Part shown: positions 25,217-26,959 of the stretch, piece after piece
Numbering within the stretch: the first letter of the stretch is position 1
How the letters are laid out: the number at the start of each line of letters is the position of its first letter
Source of the DNA: Trueperaceae bacterium
GTDB lineage: Bacteria > Deinococcota > Deinococci > Deinococcales > Trueperaceae
Length of the DNA: 26,959 bases
Assembly (NCBI GenBank): GCA_029210865.1
Contig: JARGGE010000001.1
Span: 1-26,959, forward strand
Direction of reading: 5' to 3'
Program-made: the position numbers and the translations under genes
The notes under the pieces: model-generated
What the model was told of the DNA's origin: nothing
The model's input: only the letters and a program-made list of their open reading frames with translations
The model's database searches: none

Positions 25217-26959
25217 TCAGCACCCCCCCACCGCCCGCCGCTCCAACCAGTACTCGTCGAGCCGGTACGAGCCGTCGTCGGCCCAGCCGACCTCGTAGTA
25301 GCTCCAGCTGCCCGCGTCGTCGAAGAGGAGCAGCACCGGCCGGTCCCCGATCGCCGCGAAGGTCCAGCGCCCCCGGCCGCTCCAGGCGCCCGCGTCGACG
25401 CCGCCGAAGAACTGCACCCCGACCGACAGGCCCGAATCGGCCACGGCCCCGGCGAAGGTCGCATCCTCGCTGCGGGCCTCGTGCGCGTAGCGACCATCGG
25501 CGCAGAGGTCCCAGGACGCCTCGAACTCGCCCGACGTACGCGCGTTGCCGTTCACCTGGCTCGCGCTCGCGTAGTGGTAGGTCCACATCCGGTAGCCGCT
25601 CCAGTCCTGGTGCAGCTTCTGCAGCGCCGGAGCGAAGGCGGCCGCCTCGAAACGCAGCGAGGCCGCCAGCGCCCCGAGCAGCTCGGCGCCCACCGCCTCC
25701 TGCCCGGCGCCACCCAGGTAGAGCAGGATCGCGCCGGCGTCGCCAGCGGTGCGCGCGGCGCCCACCCCCACGCCCGCCGTGGCCGCGTAGCGGACGCTCA
25801 CTCGATCGCCCACGGCCTGCGGCGGCGCGACCGGGCGCAACACCGTCCCGTCGTCGAGCTCGATCGCCTCGCCCAGCGCCCGCTCGAACTGCGCCAGCGT
25901 CACCCCGTGCGTCGGCAGCACCACGGCCATGCCCGGCTGCGCCTGGGACGCCACGTAGAGCGGCAGCAGGGGCTCGTCGGCGACCCACGCCTGCCAGCCG
26001 GGGGGCACCACCAGCGACGTACCCACGTAGGGGTAGCGCACGCGGTCGCCTTCGGCCAACGCGAGGCCCGGGCGCGCCTCGTGGATCGCCCCGCTCTCCG
26101 GCGGGGCGATCGCGGTGGTCGGGGGGGTCGGGAGGGCGCCGCCGCCTCCCGGCGGCGCGGTGGGCAGGCGCAGCGGGGGCGTGGCCGGCGACGCGCCGAC
26201 GCGGTCGAAGGCGAGGGTGCGGGCGCTGCTGGGGATGGCCTCGCCCTGCGCGTCCGCGTCGTAGAGCGTGAGCTCCAGACCCTGGCCCGTGGCCACGGCC
26301 GAGAAGTACATCCCGCCCTCGTCGTCGTAGATCACGCCGTAGGTACCGTCGGCGTCGGTCACGCCCTCGACGGTGAACTGGGCGTCGGACCCCGACAGCG
26401 TGCCGCGGATCTGCCCGTTCGCGTCCTGCGCCATCTGCAGCGTCACGTCGCCACCCTGCAGGCGGAAGCTGCCGGCGAAGGGACCCGTCGCGGCCGCCGC
26501 GCCGCCCCCGCCGAGGGCCGGCGGCAGCGTCGGCGCGGACGGTGCCGACGGCAGCGCGCCGCCGGCCCCGGCCCCGCTCGAGGTCAAGCGGTACGTCCCG
26601 CGCGTCCCGGGCTGCAGCAGGGTGAAGACGTCGACGTACCAACGGCCGGCCTGCGGCGCGTCGAAGGCGAGCACGGTGGGATCGGCCGTCTCGACGTCGC
26701 GCGCGTCCCAGTCGCCGCCGCGGTCGCGGTCGGCGTAGTTCTGGATCTCGGAGCCGTACTTCACGGCCACGTCGAGGTCGGCGTCGGCCTCGAGCGTCAC
26801 CGTCCAGCGCGCGACGCCCGCCGGCACGTCGACCCAGTAGGTGTGGAAGGCGTTCCCGCCGGCGATCGCCGCCAAGGTGCCCTGCGCGACCCCCTCCAGC
26901 GGCAGCGCCCCGACGACCGCGGACTCGGTCGTCGGCGCCGTCACGACGGTGGCCGCAGG
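25217..26959 (-). CDS. Large multidomain, probably exported protein with a PPC-like domain; 5' end outside the window
   Basis: Open frame to the window edge. FHTYWVDVPAG..DADLDVAVKYG..PQAGRWYVDV is a PPC-like pattern, followed by Pro-rich linkers and three further beta-rich domains. Confidence 0.8.
   Translation of the reverse strand, partial: PAATVVTAPTTESAVVGALPLEGVAQGTLAAIAGGNAFHTYWVDVPAGVARWTVTLEADADLDVAVKYGSEIQNYADRDRGGDWDARDVETADPTVLAFDAPQAGRWYVDVFTLLQPGTRGTYRLTSSGAGAGGALPSAPSAPTLPPALGGGGAAAATGPFAGSFRLQGGDVTLQMAQDANGQIRGTLSGSDAQFTVEGVTDADGTYGVIYDDEGGMYFSAVATGQGLELTLYDADAQGEAIPSSARTLAFDRVGASPATPPLRLPTAPPGGGGALPTPPTTAIAPPESGAIHEARPGLALAEGDRVRYPYVGTSLVVPPGWQAWVADEPLLPLYVASQAQPGMAVVLPTHGVTLAQFERALGEAIELDDGTVLRPVAPPQAVGDRVSVRYAATAGVGVGAARTAGDAGAILLYLGGAGQEAVGAELLGALAASLRFEAAAFAPALQKLHQDWSGYRMWTYHYASASQVNGNARTSGEFEASWDLCADGRYAHEARSEDATFAGAVADSGLSVGVQFFGGVDAGAWSGRGRWTFAAIGDRPVLLLFDDAGSWSYYEVGWADDGSYRLDEYWLERRAVGGC

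Noticed and set aside
1-26959. CRISPR array, tRNA, rRNA or riboswitch
   Set aside because: No spaced repeats, cloverleaf or recognisable aptamer seen by eye; a covariance-model scan of the gaps at 7290-7463, 14956-15143 and 21561-21792 would be needed to exclude ncRNAs.

Overview
High-GC (visually about 65-75%) bacterial DNA. Signal peptides ending in AFAQ/ALAQ, a DinB-like gene and several -10-only leaderless-looking starts suggest Deinococcota (Trueperaceae-like); this is inference only. The window has four blocks. (1) 1-6013: an intact, translationally coupled minus-strand operon of GntR/UTRA regulator, DUF1355 GATase1-like protein, CUT2 sugar-type ABC transporter (SBP, ATPase, permease) and two tandem phosphotriesterase-family hydrolases, with a recognisable promoter and operator. 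(2) 6052-8685: decayed peroxiredoxin and CDF remnants plus an IS3-family element that has an amber stop in orfA, lacks a target duplication and truncates a CPBP gene. (3) 8683-20252: accessory genes, many damaged: ABC-2 exporter, secreted alpha/beta hydrolase, higBA, GNAT remnants, aldo/keto reductase, split DUF318-like permease, DinB-like, SnoaL-like, DUF2277, membrane aminopeptidase-like hydrolase and a GNAT. (4) 20376-26959: a candidate cell-surface locus with a frameshifted MalT/LuxR-type regulator, a lipoprotein plus collagen-like fibre gene pair, a divergent secreted Cys protein thrown out of frame by a (CCGGCGA)4 repeat behind a 20-bp palindrome, and a multidomain PPC-containing protein. 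No rRNA, tRNA or CRISPR array was seen. Family assignments come from motif recognition by eye, not database searches.
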